From IMG/VR virus record IMGVR_UViG_3300011921_000007, positions 1-62,773 of that record: 62,773 nucleotides of DNA. One strand, 5' to 3'. Both the position numbers and the translations under genes were made by a program. This document shows, one piece after another, positions 17,112 to 26,264 of this stretch. Origin of the DNA: a virus (lineage: Duplodnaviria > Caudoviricetes). Positions within the stretch are counted from its first letter, which is position 1. Every line of letters starts with the position of its first letter. Under the pieces are notes generated by a model. It searched no databases. It was not told where the DNA came from and saw only the letters and a list, made by a program, of their open reading frames with translations.

Positions 17112-18776
17112 TTATGCTTGCAATGCTTCTTCCATCTCGGCATCAATCTCAGCTTGATACTCGTCAGCTTGGTCTATATGGCATGTCGTATCATCTGATA
17201 GTATGTGCACTTTGTCTTGGTGTACGTAGTCATTGCCATCAACATCGGGGTGACCTACGCATACAACATAGTCATTGTGATACAAGCCATCAACGGTCTG
17301 TGTCATGTCGTCCATGTGGTAGTACTCGCCATCGTGCTCGCATCGATAGATGTCATGGTGGTCAAGTGTTTCTGTCCAGTACCAATCATCGCCAACACGT
17401 ACGCATTCGTCCTCGGGGAAATAGTCCTCGTGTCTACGTCCATACGCATAGGTATAGTTTTGGTCACGGCAATACTCGCACACGTTGTTACCATCGTGCT
17501 CTATGTAGTTAAGTTCGTCCTCGCTATAACTATCACCGCAACAATCGCATGAGCATGAATTGTCCTCGCAGTAGCCATTGGTGTTGGTCGCGTTCATCTC
17601 GCCATCGCCCGCTCTGAGGTACGTCTTGCCGTTTACATTGGTCGTGCCTACTGTCTGCGAGCCATTGTCCCCGCTGTCTAGGTATGGACAAACGATACTG
17701 CCGTTGCTGGTTGTGATGTACTGGAGTAGTACACCGTCCAAGTTAATACGGTTCTCGTAGCCATTAGCCTTGAGGTTGTCCAGCAGATAGCGTCCCTCTG
17801 CACTGCCATTGGGGTCGGGGTACACACGTAGCCAGCCTTTGTCATCGTCATCACGCACAATACACCTAGCTGTAATACGGTCGCCAGCTTGCACATACGC
17901 TAGGCGCAGTACGCTTTTCTCATGGGCATACACACGGATAGCAGACTCATTCTGCATACAGCTAGACACGTACTCACTGCCATACACATCAAGCCAGCCT
18001 TGCACGTCATCGTGCTCTTTGAATGATACTGTCCAGCCACCACGCGACTGCATATTGCTAGCGTGTTTCTCGGCTATGCTCTTGACTTCTAGGTCAGACA
18101 GGGCTAGGGCATGTTGGTACTTGGTTAGGTAGCGACCAAGGCGGGTGCGCACCTCGCGCCCATCACGCATATGCTTGAGCGTTGGGTAGTATGCTATCTG
18201 ATTGATGTCCTCGGTGGACACGTGTACGCGGTGCAAGGCATTAAATGTATGAAACGCTGACCATGACGCTTCGTACCGCTCGCGCTGTTCGGGTGTACTG
18301 TCGGTGCTTGCGTGGTATGGGGTATGTGGGTGCAGTGAGCGCATGACGTCTATGGCTTCCCATGTGCCGTTGGTAAAGTTCTCCATGGCTGTGAATATGG
18401 CTGGCTCTATGGATTTGGCGACCTTGCGACTTATGTTGTCCATGTGGTGTATATAGTGGGCAAGTTTGGTCGCGTCCTGTATGGTGGTCACATCGCGCGT
18501 CGCAAGTGGTTTGGCTGTGGCTATGTATTTGGCTGTGGAATGCCCAGCGGTTTGGTATGCCTTGTGGTCGCCGTTACGATACTTGCGTCCGTTGTGCCAG
18601 TGGTCGTAGTTCTCTTGCTTGTATTGCGAACCCATGAACTCACGCACGCGGTTGGATACGAATAACTTATCGCTCTCGTTTTTCCAGCCCGCCCACGTAG
18701 CGAGGAGTGGTGTTGCGGGTACAGTTACTAATGGTGCTGATACTTCTACTTCTGTGCTGTTGCATTTGTTACACAT
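17112..18776 (-). CDS. Large early protein with Cys/His/Asp-rich C-terminal repeats
   Basis: SCM, ARC, RVY, PYLD motifs then CDCC/CEYC acidic repeats; start moved to ATG 18776 (GGAG). Confidence 0.7.
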   Translation of the reverse strand: MCNKCNSTEVEVSAPLVTVPATPLLATWAGWKNESDKLFVSNRVREFMGSQYKQENYDHWHNGRKYRNGDHKAYQTAGHSTAKYIATAKPLATRDVTTIQDATKLAHYIHHMDNISRKVAKSIEPAIFTAMENFTNGTWEAIDVMRSLHPHTPYHASTDSTPEQRERYEASWSAFHTFNALHRVHVSTEDINQIAYYPTLKHMRDGREVRTRLGRYLTKYQHALALSDLEVKSIAEKHASNMQSRGGWTVSFKEHDDVQGWLDVYGSEYVSSCMQNESAIRVYAHEKSVLRLAYVQAGDRITARCIVRDDDDKGWLRVYPDPNGSAEGRYLLDNLKANGYENRINLDGVLLQYITTSNGSIVCPYLDSGDNGSQTVGTTNVNGKTYLRAGDGEMNATNTNGYCEDNSCSCDCCGDSYSEDELNYIEHDGNNVCEYCRDQNYTYAYGRRHEDYFPEDECVRVGDDWYWTETLDHHDIYRCEHDGEYYHMDDMTQTVDGLYHNDYVVCVGHPDVDGNDYVHQDKVHILSDDTTCHIDQADEYQAEIDAEMEEALQA

Positions 18777-18808
18777 GATAGTCATCTCCATAAAAACTAA
18801 ATAAAAAA

Positions 18809-18834
18809 GACATTCGGACAAATGTCCGAATGTC
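18809..18834. promoter_or_regulatory. Palindromic operator-like box 3 (extended 26 bp)
   Basis: GACATTCGGACA-AA-TGTCCGAATGTC between promoter and RBS. Confidence 0.8.
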
Positions 18835-18872
18835 CTACCAAACAAACTGTGTTCATCAACTGAACATCTATA

Positions 18873-18901
18873 ATTATACGCCTGTTGAGGTCTTAAGTCA
18901 A
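18873..18901 (-). promoter_or_regulatory. Sigma70-type early promoter
   Basis: TTGACT-17 nt-TATAAT on minus strand. Confidence 0.75.
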
Positions 18902-18922
18902 GCTATGACGTTTTGTGATTGG

Positions 18923-19447
18923 CTATTCCCATTCGGCTAGCAGTGCTTCACGTTTCGCTATTTGGTCTGCTGTCAAGTGCTCGGGTTGTATCGGTGTCTC
19001 ATCGGGGTTGTAATACTCAAGCGTAGCCATGTCAGCCACCATAGGGCTAGCTTCGCGCTCTGCATACAATCTATTCTTATGACGAACGAGTGCTAACTTC
19101 ACTGCTTCGGGGTGCCAGTCCAGTTGTTCCCCTATCTGCTCGTATGAATGACCTAACGATACAAACTTCATTACCTCGCTGTCTACGTGTGCGCGCCCCT
19201 TTGCTGTAAACCCTTTTTGGTCTATCACGTCGGGGTCTTGGCTACGCACCAGTTCATGCAATATGTCAAATGCATAAAACCTATTGTATATACGATAGTA
19301 GCGAGCCGTTGTCTTTCGCTTTGGGTTGGGGTATGCAATAGCCACTGGTTGGTTCACTTTAAAGTTCGCGCGGTGGACTCTGCGCTTGTAGACTAGGAAG
19401 CTATTTGTTGCGTCAAAACCCAAAATACTAAGTAAAAATTCACCCAT
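18923..19447 (-). CDS. Putative DNA-binding protein with sigma-r4/LuxR-like HTH
   Basis: VMKFVSLGHSYEQIGEQLDWHPEAVKLALVRHKNRL; ATG 19447 with AAGGAG. Confidence 0.65.
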   Translation of the reverse strand: MGEFLLSILGFDATNSFLVYKRRVHRANFKVNQPVAIAYPNPKRKTTARYYRIYNRFYAFDILHELVRSQDPDVIDQKGFTAKGRAHVDSEVMKFVSLGHSYEQIGEQLDWHPEAVKLALVRHKNRLYAEREASPMVADMATLEYYNPDETPIQPEHLTADQIAKREALLAEWE

Positions 19448-19460
19448 CTTAAATCTCCTT

Positions 19461-20047
19461 TGTTCACAGTTACAGTTACATGTAACGAAAATGTTCACAG
19501 TTACATGTAATCAGCATAGGTTTTTGGGGTTGAGTTGTCAAGCAGACTGTAACATGTAACTGATATTTTGTTCACCCATGTTCACAGGTAATGTTCACAG
19601 TTACAGGCTGTTACGCTAGTTTTTAGGGGTTTTGTGGCACTGGTTAGCTGTAACTGCTAATGGAAGCGTGCCGCGCTGTATGCCTAGAGCCATGCGGTGT
19701 TACAGGTAAAAAAAGGGTCATTTTCCGCGTGACACTCAAAAAACATTATAGCTGGCACACTTGCTAACCTGTGAACACAGGGACAGCCAAAATATCAAAG
19801 TTACATGTTACAGGTTATATACTTTTTCCTTTCTATTAAATTATATATACCGCGTATTTGAGTAAATAAAAAACCTGCTAATCCGCACTGCCATTGGGTT
19901 TGCTGGCGGCACGCTTGCATTATCAGTTACAGGTAACTTGTTACCGTGCGCCTGTAACAACGCGTATGAATTAGTATGAACGAATACCATTAGCTGTAAC
20001 AACCTGTAACGTATTGATTTCATTGGGTTACGTGTTACCTGTAACAC
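19461..20047. repeat. Field of ~20 GTTAC/GTAAC and ~6 TGTTCAC repeats around an AT-rich core (origin-like)
   Basis: Direct count in non-coding DNA; AT-rich stretch ~19815-19875. Confidence 0.7.
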
Positions 20048-20065
20048 CTTTTTTACCTTCCCACG

Positions 20066-20079
20066 CGGACATTTGTCCG
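20066..20079. promoter_or_regulatory. Palindromic operator-like box 4 CGGACATTTGTCCG
   Basis: Copy of 14-bp box. Confidence 0.75.
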
Positions 20080-20112
20080 ACTGTCCTACTATCTTATGGA
20101 ACGAGTGACGCG

Positions 20113-20126
20113 CGGACATATGTCCG
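20113..20126. promoter_or_regulatory. Palindromic operator-like box 5 CGGACATATGTCCG
   Basis: Perfect palindrome, 47 bp from box 4. Confidence 0.75.
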
Positions 20127-20266
20127 AGTGTCCAAAAGGGGAATTCCCTTATGTCAAGGGGGTGGCGTTTGCGCGGTTGGCATGGCGCGTTGTTGGTCGC
20201 ATACTGGTCGGTCGCAGGCTGACTAGCTCGCTGGCTCGCTTACTGATTGTCACTCGTTCCTGGCAT

Positions 20267-20297
20267 AAAAAAACCCCACTCATTTCTGAGCGGGGTT
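20267..20297 (-). terminator. Rho-independent terminator
   Basis: ACCCCGCUCA-GAAA-UGAGUGGGGU followed by U-run on minus strand. Confidence 0.85.
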
Positions 20298-20366
20298 CGG
20301 GTTATTTATAAAGCTGGGTTTTTAATTTTCGCTTCATCATTTGAAAACACGCGTATTGCCACATGA

Positions 20367-20621
20367 TTAAAACTCTGCCATTTCTGCTGGTGTCGCTGGT
20401 TTAAATAAGTTTATGTATGATACTGACGATATCGGGTTGTAATCATGGGCGATACATATGTCATCATAATTTAACGTGATAGCAAGGTAATCATAATCAC
20501 GTATTGAAAAGTAGCCGCCGCCGTCAATTCTAAAATCTTTACCCGCTAACCAGTCCGCAATAAGCGCTTCGTGATTATCGTATTCTCTGCCGTATGCTGG
20601 AATTGCTTTTAGTGTATTCAT
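20367..20621 (-). CDS. Hypothetical early protein
   Basis: PAYGREY...DW..GKDF...Y.SIRD pattern. Confidence 0.65.
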   Translation of the reverse strand: MNTLKAIPAYGREYDNHEALIADWLAGKDFRIDGGGYFSIRDYDYLAITLNYDDICIAHDYNPISSVSYINLFKPATPAEMAEF

Positions 20622-20663
20622 GATTTTAGCAAGGCGGCTTGCGCCGCCTTGTTTCCTGTTAGT

Positions 20664-21215
20664 TTATTTTAAGATGAGTTCAAGTGTTTGAATGAATGCC
20701 GCGTATGCTTGCTCAAACTCTTTAATTTTACCGCTTGGAATGATGTTGATAAAATCATCAAGGTTTTTCTTTTCTTTCGCGATTAGCGCGTCCCGCACTT
20801 TTTCAATGCTGGTTACAGTCGCTTTCGGTGCCGCTGGTGCCGCCGCTGGTGCCGCTACTTTACCAGCACGAGCCGCGCGTTTTTTTGCCGCCGCCGCTGT
20901 TTTACTTACCAGCCATTTGAATTTAGGATTGCCGCTTAAGGTTTTAACATTGCGCTGCACCCATTTGGTCGCGCTGTCATAAGCAAACAGTTTGCCGTTT
21001 AGGTGAGACATTAGCAATTGGTATGCTTTAGCCAATTCTTTTTTGCTTTTGTCTTGCTCAGTCTTGTTAGTCGCTTGCGCTATGAATTTTGCGGCGATAA
21101 CAAAATTCTCTTTTATTGCAATGCCATTGGTCGCAATACCAGCTAATGCTTCGTTGAATTGCTCAGGTGATACAGTGATAACAACAACAGGTGATGATTT
21201 AGTTTTGTTTGACAT
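20664..21215 (-). CDS. First early protein, Lys/Ala-rich
   Basis: GAGGA RBS, downstream of promoter 21266-21293. Confidence 0.7.
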   Translation of the reverse strand: MSNKTKSSPVVVITVSPEQFNEALAGIATNGIAIKENFVIAAKFIAQATNKTEQDKSKKELAKAYQLLMSHLNGKLFAYDSATKWVQRNVKTLSGNPKFKWLVSKTAAAAKKRAARAGKVAAPAAAPAAPKATVTSIEKVRDALIAKEKKNLDDFINIIPSGKIKEFEQAYAAFIQTLELILK

Positions 21216-21265
21216 GATAAGTCCTCTATTAAGTTAAAGTAATTGTCGCTTTCGCAACAGTTCCT

Positions 21266-21293
21266 ATTCTACACTGATATCATTTGTTGTCAA
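21266..21293 (-). promoter_or_regulatory. Sigma70-type early promoter
   Basis: TTGACA-16 nt-TAGAAT followed by 5' hairpin with GAAA loop (21241-21262). Confidence 0.7.
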
Positions 21294-21310
21294 TAGGTAT
21301 CATACCCATT

Positions 21311-21324
21311 CAGACATATGTCCG
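21311..21324. promoter_or_regulatory. Palindromic operator-like box 6 CAGACATATGTCCG
   Basis: One mismatch to consensus; preceded by CCCATT as for box 1. Confidence 0.65.
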
Positions 21325-21493
21325 CCCGTCCCAGCACCCCCTACCCCCGTTTTTTCTGGAATTGACGCCCTCCCCTCCCCTCTCTGTTTTGGACAAGCAT
21401 CTTTCTATTTTCATATCATGACACCCCCTGACTTAATATGATGACCCCTAAAAATTTTTATTATAAAATTTTACAGGTTCGAGCCCCGCGACG

Positions 21494-21523
21494 TTGACAA
21501 GTTAATGATTTATAAGGTAGATT
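21494..21523 (+). promoter_or_regulatory. Promoter for packaging/structural arm
   Basis: TTGACA-18 nt-TAGATT. Confidence 0.5.
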
Positions 21524-21530
21524 ACGCCCC

Positions 21531-22223
21531 ATGGCTTCGCAGAGAATACAACTATATGATTTGCTTGAAGGAGTGGTTCCATACGAACCCCATTTAATAC
21601 GTACACCAATGCGTACTGAGGACTTAATGCCAGAACAAATCGTAAGTGCCGCTGCCAAAACAGCGAAAGATATACTCCGTAGGAGTGGTGCGCCCGACAT
21701 AGAGGTCACCGATGAGGATGCAGCCAATGCTGAAACAGCGTTCCAAGCCTATGTGGACGGGAATAAATCCGCCCTAACCCATACAAAACTGCAAAAACCC
21801 GAATCCATTATCAAATTAGAAGCGCTAGTATCGGAATACGACTGGCGAGTCATCCAGCATACGGACCAAATTCGTATGATAGTCACGAACAAACTGCTAA
21901 ACCTGTCCGATAACAAGGACCCGAAGGTACAACTCAAGGCTGTGGAGCTGCTAGGCAAGCTGGCAGACGTAGGAATGTTCGTTGAGAAGCAAGAAATCAC
22001 ATATAAGCAACGTACTGACGACGAAATCGACGCGGCACTGAACGAAAAACTGGGAATGCTGATAGAAGGAAGCTTTACTTCAGCTGCCGAAACCGCCCCA
22101 GTACCATTAGTGAACGCTACTAAACCTAAAACCGTGGACATACTAGTCCAAACTGACCCACTTGCTGTGTCACCACTGCCGTCCATGCCTAAAATTGACA
22201 TCGGAGCGCTATTAGGTGAGTAG
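21531..22223 (+). CDS. Probable terminase small subunit
   Basis: Immediately upstream of and overlapping TerL; LKAVELLGK...GMF helix. Confidence 0.65.
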   Translation: MASQRIQLYDLLEGVVPYEPHLIRTPMRTEDLMPEQIVSAAAKTAKDILRRSGAPDIEVTDEDAANAETAFQAYVDGNKSALTHTKLQKPESIIKLEALVSEYDWRVIQHTDQIRMIVTNKLLNLSDNKDPKVQLKAVELLGKLADVGMFVEKQEITYKQRTDDEIDAALNEKLGMLIEGSFTSAAETAPVPLVNATKPKTVDILVQTDPLAVSPLPSMPKIDIGALLGE

Positions 22224-23760
22224 CCTGAAGGAATATATTGCCACCTTGCCGATTGAGCAGGGTATAAATGTCTTGACAAACCTGAAAAAGATGCCTGAAA
22301 GGGAACAGCAGGAGTTTTTAGACCTTATTGAAGAGAAAATGAGTCGTATAAAACGAAATGCGGCTCAAGGCGGACTGCTTGACTTCGTAAAAGCGGTGTA
22401 TCCGAACTACATGGTGGGTGCTCACCACAAAAGACTGGCTAAATTACTGGAGGAGGCGATTGATGGTGATAAAAAACGTATTATTGTTAACATTGCTCCT
22501 CGTATGGGTAAGTCTGAGCTTGTGTCTTATCTGTTCCCTGCTTGGTTTTTGGGACACCACCCAGATAAAAAGATTATTATGGCCACGCATACCGCTGACT
22601 TGTCTACTACTTTCGGTCGTAGGGTGCGAGATTTGGTTGGTAGTAAAGAGTATCGAGGTGTATTCCCAAATGTATCCCTAAATCAGGATGCAAAAGCGGC
22701 CGGGCAGTGGAACACTAGCGACGGCGGTCAGTATTATGCGGCTGGTGTGGGCGGTGCGTTGGCTGGTCGTGGTGCCGATGTGTTTGTGATTGATGACCCG
22801 CACTCAGAACAGGAAGCGAAAACAGGTAACCCGTCGGTGTTCTTATCCGCATGGGAGTGGTTCCAGTCAGGCCCGTTACAACGGTTGATGCCTAATGGGG
22901 TTATTATAGTGGTGATGACACGCTGGTCGATGATGGACCTGACAGGTCAGTTGGTTAACCACATGATAAAGAACCCGGATGCCGACCAGTGGGAGGTCGT
23001 TGAGTTTCCAGCCATACTAGATGAAGGTACCGATGATGAAAGGTCGCTATGGCCAGAGTTCTGGCCCCTTGAAGAGCTCAAGAAGAAACGCGCTGGTATG
23101 GATACACGGTACTGGTCGAGTCAGTATTTGCAGAATCCAACTGCAGAAGGAGCGCAACTCATTAAGAAAGAGTGGTGGTCGCACTGGGAGGGAGAGTCGC
23201 CACCGGTATGTGAATATACGATTATGTCTTTGGACGCGGCTCAGGAGTCTCACAACAGGGCTGACTATAATGCAGTTACACTCTGGGGCATATTTTTTAA
23301 TGAAGAGACCAATCAGAATAATATAATCCTGCTCAATGCGTGGAAAGAGCGGATGGAGTTCCCTGAACTCAAACGACGCATGATTGCCGAATACAAGGAA
23401 TGGGAACCTGATACGTTCTTGGTGGAGAAGAAGTCTAACGGCGCAGCGCTATACCAAGAGCTACGGTCCATGGGCATGCCTGTTTCGGAGTACACCCCGG
23501 TAAAAGATAAAGTGTCAAGGGTTAACTCGGTCACAGACTTGTTTGCATCAGGGATGGTGTGGGCACCGACAGACAGACGTTGGGCGAATGAGGTGATAAC
23601 AGAATGTGCCGAATTCCCAGTAGGTACACACGATGACTTTGTGGATAGCTGCACACAGGCGTTAATCCGATTTAGAAAAGGTGGCTTTATTAAGTTACCT
23701 AGCGACGAAGCTGATGATGATGTATTATATCGGTATCAACGTAAAGCAGCCTATTACTAA
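22216..23760 (+). CDS. terL: Terminase large subunit
   Basis: APRMGKS Walker A, GRGAD..IDDP Walker B, VMTRW, nuclease D...HDDFVD. Confidence 0.95.
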   Translation: MSSLKEYIATLPIEQGINVLTNLKKMPEREQQEFLDLIEEKMSRIKRNAAQGGLLDFVKAVYPNYMVGAHHKRLAKLLEEAIDGDKKRIIVNIAPRMGKSELVSYLFPAWFLGHHPDKKIIMATHTADLSTTFGRRVRDLVGSKEYRGVFPNVSLNQDAKAAGQWNTSDGGQYYAAGVGGALAGRGADVFVIDDPHSEQEAKTGNPSVFLSAWEWFQSGPLQRLMPNGVIIVVMTRWSMMDLTGQLVNHMIKNPDADQWEVVEFPAILDEGTDDERSLWPEFWPLEELKKKRAGMDTRYWSSQYLQNPTAEGAQLIKKEWWSHWEGESPPVCEYTIMSLDAAQESHNRADYNAVTLWGIFFNEETNQNNIILLNAWKERMEFPELKRRMIAEYKEWEPDTFLVEKKSNGAALYQELRSMGMPVSEYTPVKDKVSRVNSVTDLFASGMVWAPTDRRWANEVITECAEFPVGTHDDFVDSCTQALIRFRKGGFIKLPSDEADDDVLYRYQRKAAYY

Positions 23761-23769
23761 GGAATTACT

Positions 23770-26262
23770 ATGGCCATTGAAAAGAGTTTATACGCAGCCC
23801 CGCAAGGGATTATCCCAGATGATGATACCATCGAACCGATTGAGATAGAAATAGAAGACCCTGAATCCGTTGCGATTCATATGGGTGACCTTGATATCCT
23901 GTTGGAGCCTGAAGACCCAATGGACGATGAGTTCAATGATAACCTAGCTGAATACATAAGTGAAGGTGCATTGGCAGAATTGGCCTCCGATTTGATTTCG
24001 GACTTCGATGATGACATCAGCTCGCGTAAAGACTGGATGCAAACCTACGTAGATGGCCTAGAGCTGCTAGGTATGAAGATTGAAGAGCGTACAGAACCGT
24101 GGGACGGTGCCTGTGGCGTTTACCACCCATTGCTGTCAGAAGCCTTAGTTAAGTTCCAAGCAGAGACCATGATGTCTATGTTCCCAGGTGCGGGTCCAGT
24201 TAAGACACAAATCATCGGTAAGGAAACACAGGATAAGAAAGAAGCAGCAGCACGCGTCCAAGACGATATGAACTATCAATTGATGGATGTGATGCAGGAG
24301 TACCGCCCAGAGCACGAACGCATGCTGTGGGGCCTAGGATTGAGCGGTAACGCCTTTAAGAAGGTGTACTTTGACCCGCACTTAGACCGTCAGGTATCCA
24401 TATTCGTCCCAGCTGAAGACATGGTAGTACCATACGGTGCGTCAAACCTTGAGTCAGCAGAGCGCGTTACCCATGTAATGCGTAAGACAGAGAATGAACT
24501 ACGCCGCTTGCAAGTGGCCGGCTTCTACTTAGACGTGGACTTAGGTACACCAGCTAACACCCTTGATGAGGTGGAGAAGAAGATTGCTGAGAAGATGGGC
24601 TTCCGTGCGTCAACGGATGACCGCTATAAGCTATTGGAGATGCACGTTGACTTAGACTTGCCGGGGTATGAGGACAAGGATGAGGGCGGCAACCTTACAG
24701 GCGTAGCCTTACCATACGTAGTAACCTTGGAAAAAGGCAGCACAACCATATTGGCTATCCGCCGCAACTGGGACCCAAACGATGAAACCAAACAAAAACG
24801 CCAGCACTTCGTCCATTACGGTTATGTTCCGGGTTTCGGCTTTTATTATTTTGGGCTTATTCATCTGGTCGGTGCTTTTGCTAAGTCGGGTACTTCTCTT
24901 ATTCGTCAACTTGTTGATGCGGGTACGCTCAGCAATCTACCGGGTGGTTTTAAAACTCGCGGCCTTCGTGTCAAGGGTGATGACACACCGATAGCTCCAG
25001 GTGAGTTCCGTGATGTGGATGTACCAAGCGGTGCGTTAAAAGACAACATCATGCCATTGCCATACAAAGAGCCGTCACAAGTTCTTATGTCATTGCTTGG
25101 CCAAATCGTTGATGAAGGCCGTCGCTTCGCTAATACTGCTGACCTACAAATCAGTGACATGTCTGCGAACAGCCCAGTTGGCACTACACTGGCAATCCTT
25201 GAGCGTACATTGAAGGTGATGAGTGCTGTACAGGCTCGTATCCACTATTCAATGAAACAAGAGTTAGGCTTATTAAAAGGCATCATTGCTGCCTATACGC
25301 CAGAAGAGTATAACTACGACCCTGTAGAAGGTGACCGTAGGGCTAAGAAATCAGACTACGATAACGTTACAGTTATCCCTGTATCAGACCCTAATGCCTC
25401 CACAATGGCGCAGAAGATTGTGCAATATCAAGCAGTTATGCAACTTGCGCAACAATCACCACAGATATATAACATGCCTTTACTACACCGTCAGATGTTA
25501 GAAGTGTTAGGTATTAAGGAAGCCGCTAAGTTAGTGCCGATGGACGATGACCAGAAGCCGACTGACCCAGTGACTGAGAACCAAAACATCCTGATGATGA
25601 AACCAGTAAAAGCCTTCATCATGCAAGACCATCAAGCGCATATCACCGTGCACATGGCTGCTATGCAAGACCCTAAAATCCAACAAATGCTTCAAGGTAA
25701 CCCAGCGGCACAACAGATGCAGGCTGCGATGATGGCTCACATCAACGAGCACATGGGCTTTGAATACCGTAAACAGATGGAGATGCAGTTGGGTATGGCC
25801 TTACCACCTCAGAAAGATGAGATGGGTGATGATGTTCACATGGACCCAGAAATGGAAGCGCAGTTGGCTCCTATGTTGGCTCAAGCGGCTCAACAACTAT
25901 TGCAGTCTAACCAAGCGCAAGTTGCACAACAGCAAGCGGCGCAGCAACAACAAGACCCAATGATTCAGATGCAGCAGCAAGAGCTACAGTTGAAAACAGC
26001 GGAGCAAGCACGTAAAGAGAAGAAAGACCAAACTGATGCTGTATTCAAAGCAGAGCAATTGAAAATTGAAGCTGCACGTGTACTAGGTCAGCAAGAGACA
26101 ACCAAAGGCCAACAAAAGAACGACCTACTTAAAACCGTTGCTCAGCTACAAGCGACTAAGCAACAACATGCAATTGACAAGGGCGTTGACGTGATGAAAC
26201 AAATATCACAACAACAGTTCCAATCGAAGCAACAAACCAATAAACCGACAAAAGGTGAATAA
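23770..26262 (+). CDS. Portal protein (P22-like, Gln-rich C-terminal barrel)
   Basis: 830 aa directly after TerL; HPLLSEA..FQA, G..FKKVY, long Q-rich helix. Confidence 0.88.
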   Translation: MAIEKSLYAAPQGIIPDDDTIEPIEIEIEDPESVAIHMGDLDILLEPEDPMDDEFNDNLAEYISEGALAELASDLISDFDDDISSRKDWMQTYVDGLELLGMKIEERTEPWDGACGVYHPLLSEALVKFQAETMMSMFPGAGPVKTQIIGKETQDKKEAAARVQDDMNYQLMDVMQEYRPEHERMLWGLGLSGNAFKKVYFDPHLDRQVSIFVPAEDMVVPYGASNLESAERVTHVMRKTENELRRLQVAGFYLDVDLGTPANTLDEVEKKIAEKMGFRASTDDRYKLLEMHVDLDLPGYEDKDEGGNLTGVALPYVVTLEKGSTTILAIRRNWDPNDETKQKRQHFVHYGYVPGFGFYYFGLIHLVGAFAKSGTSLIRQLVDAGTLSNLPGGFKTRGLRVKGDDTPIAPGEFRDVDVPSGALKDNIMPLPYKEPSQVLMSLLGQIVDEGRRFANTADLQISDMSANSPVGTTLAILERTLKVMSAVQARIHYSMKQELGLLKGIIAAYTPEEYNYDPVEGDRRAKKSDYDNVTVIPVSDPNASTMAQKIVQYQAVMQLAQQSPQIYNMPLLHRQMLEVLGIKEAAKLVPMDDDQKPTDPVTENQNILMMKPVKAFIMQDHQAHITVHMAAMQDPKIQQMLQGNPAAQQMQAAMMAHINEHMGFEYRKQMEMQLGMALPPQKDEMGDDVHMDPEMEAQLAPMLAQAAQQLLQSNQAQVAQQQAAQQQQDPMIQMQQQELQLKTAEQARKEKKDQTDAVFKAEQLKIEAARVLGQQETTKGQQKNDLLKTVAQLQATKQQHAIDKGVDVMKQISQQQFQSKQQTNKPTKGE

Positions 26263-26264
26263 CC

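Noticed and set aside
19841-20311. ORFs 19841-20119, 20014-20226, 20096-20311
   Set aside because: No RBS; they run through the repeat field and operator boxes; likely spurious
15513-21324. Palindromic repeats as a CRISPR array
   Set aside because: Only 14 bp, spacing irregular (47 bp to 1.7 kb) with whole genes between; the PD-(D/E)XK gene is a replication nuclease and no cas operon is present
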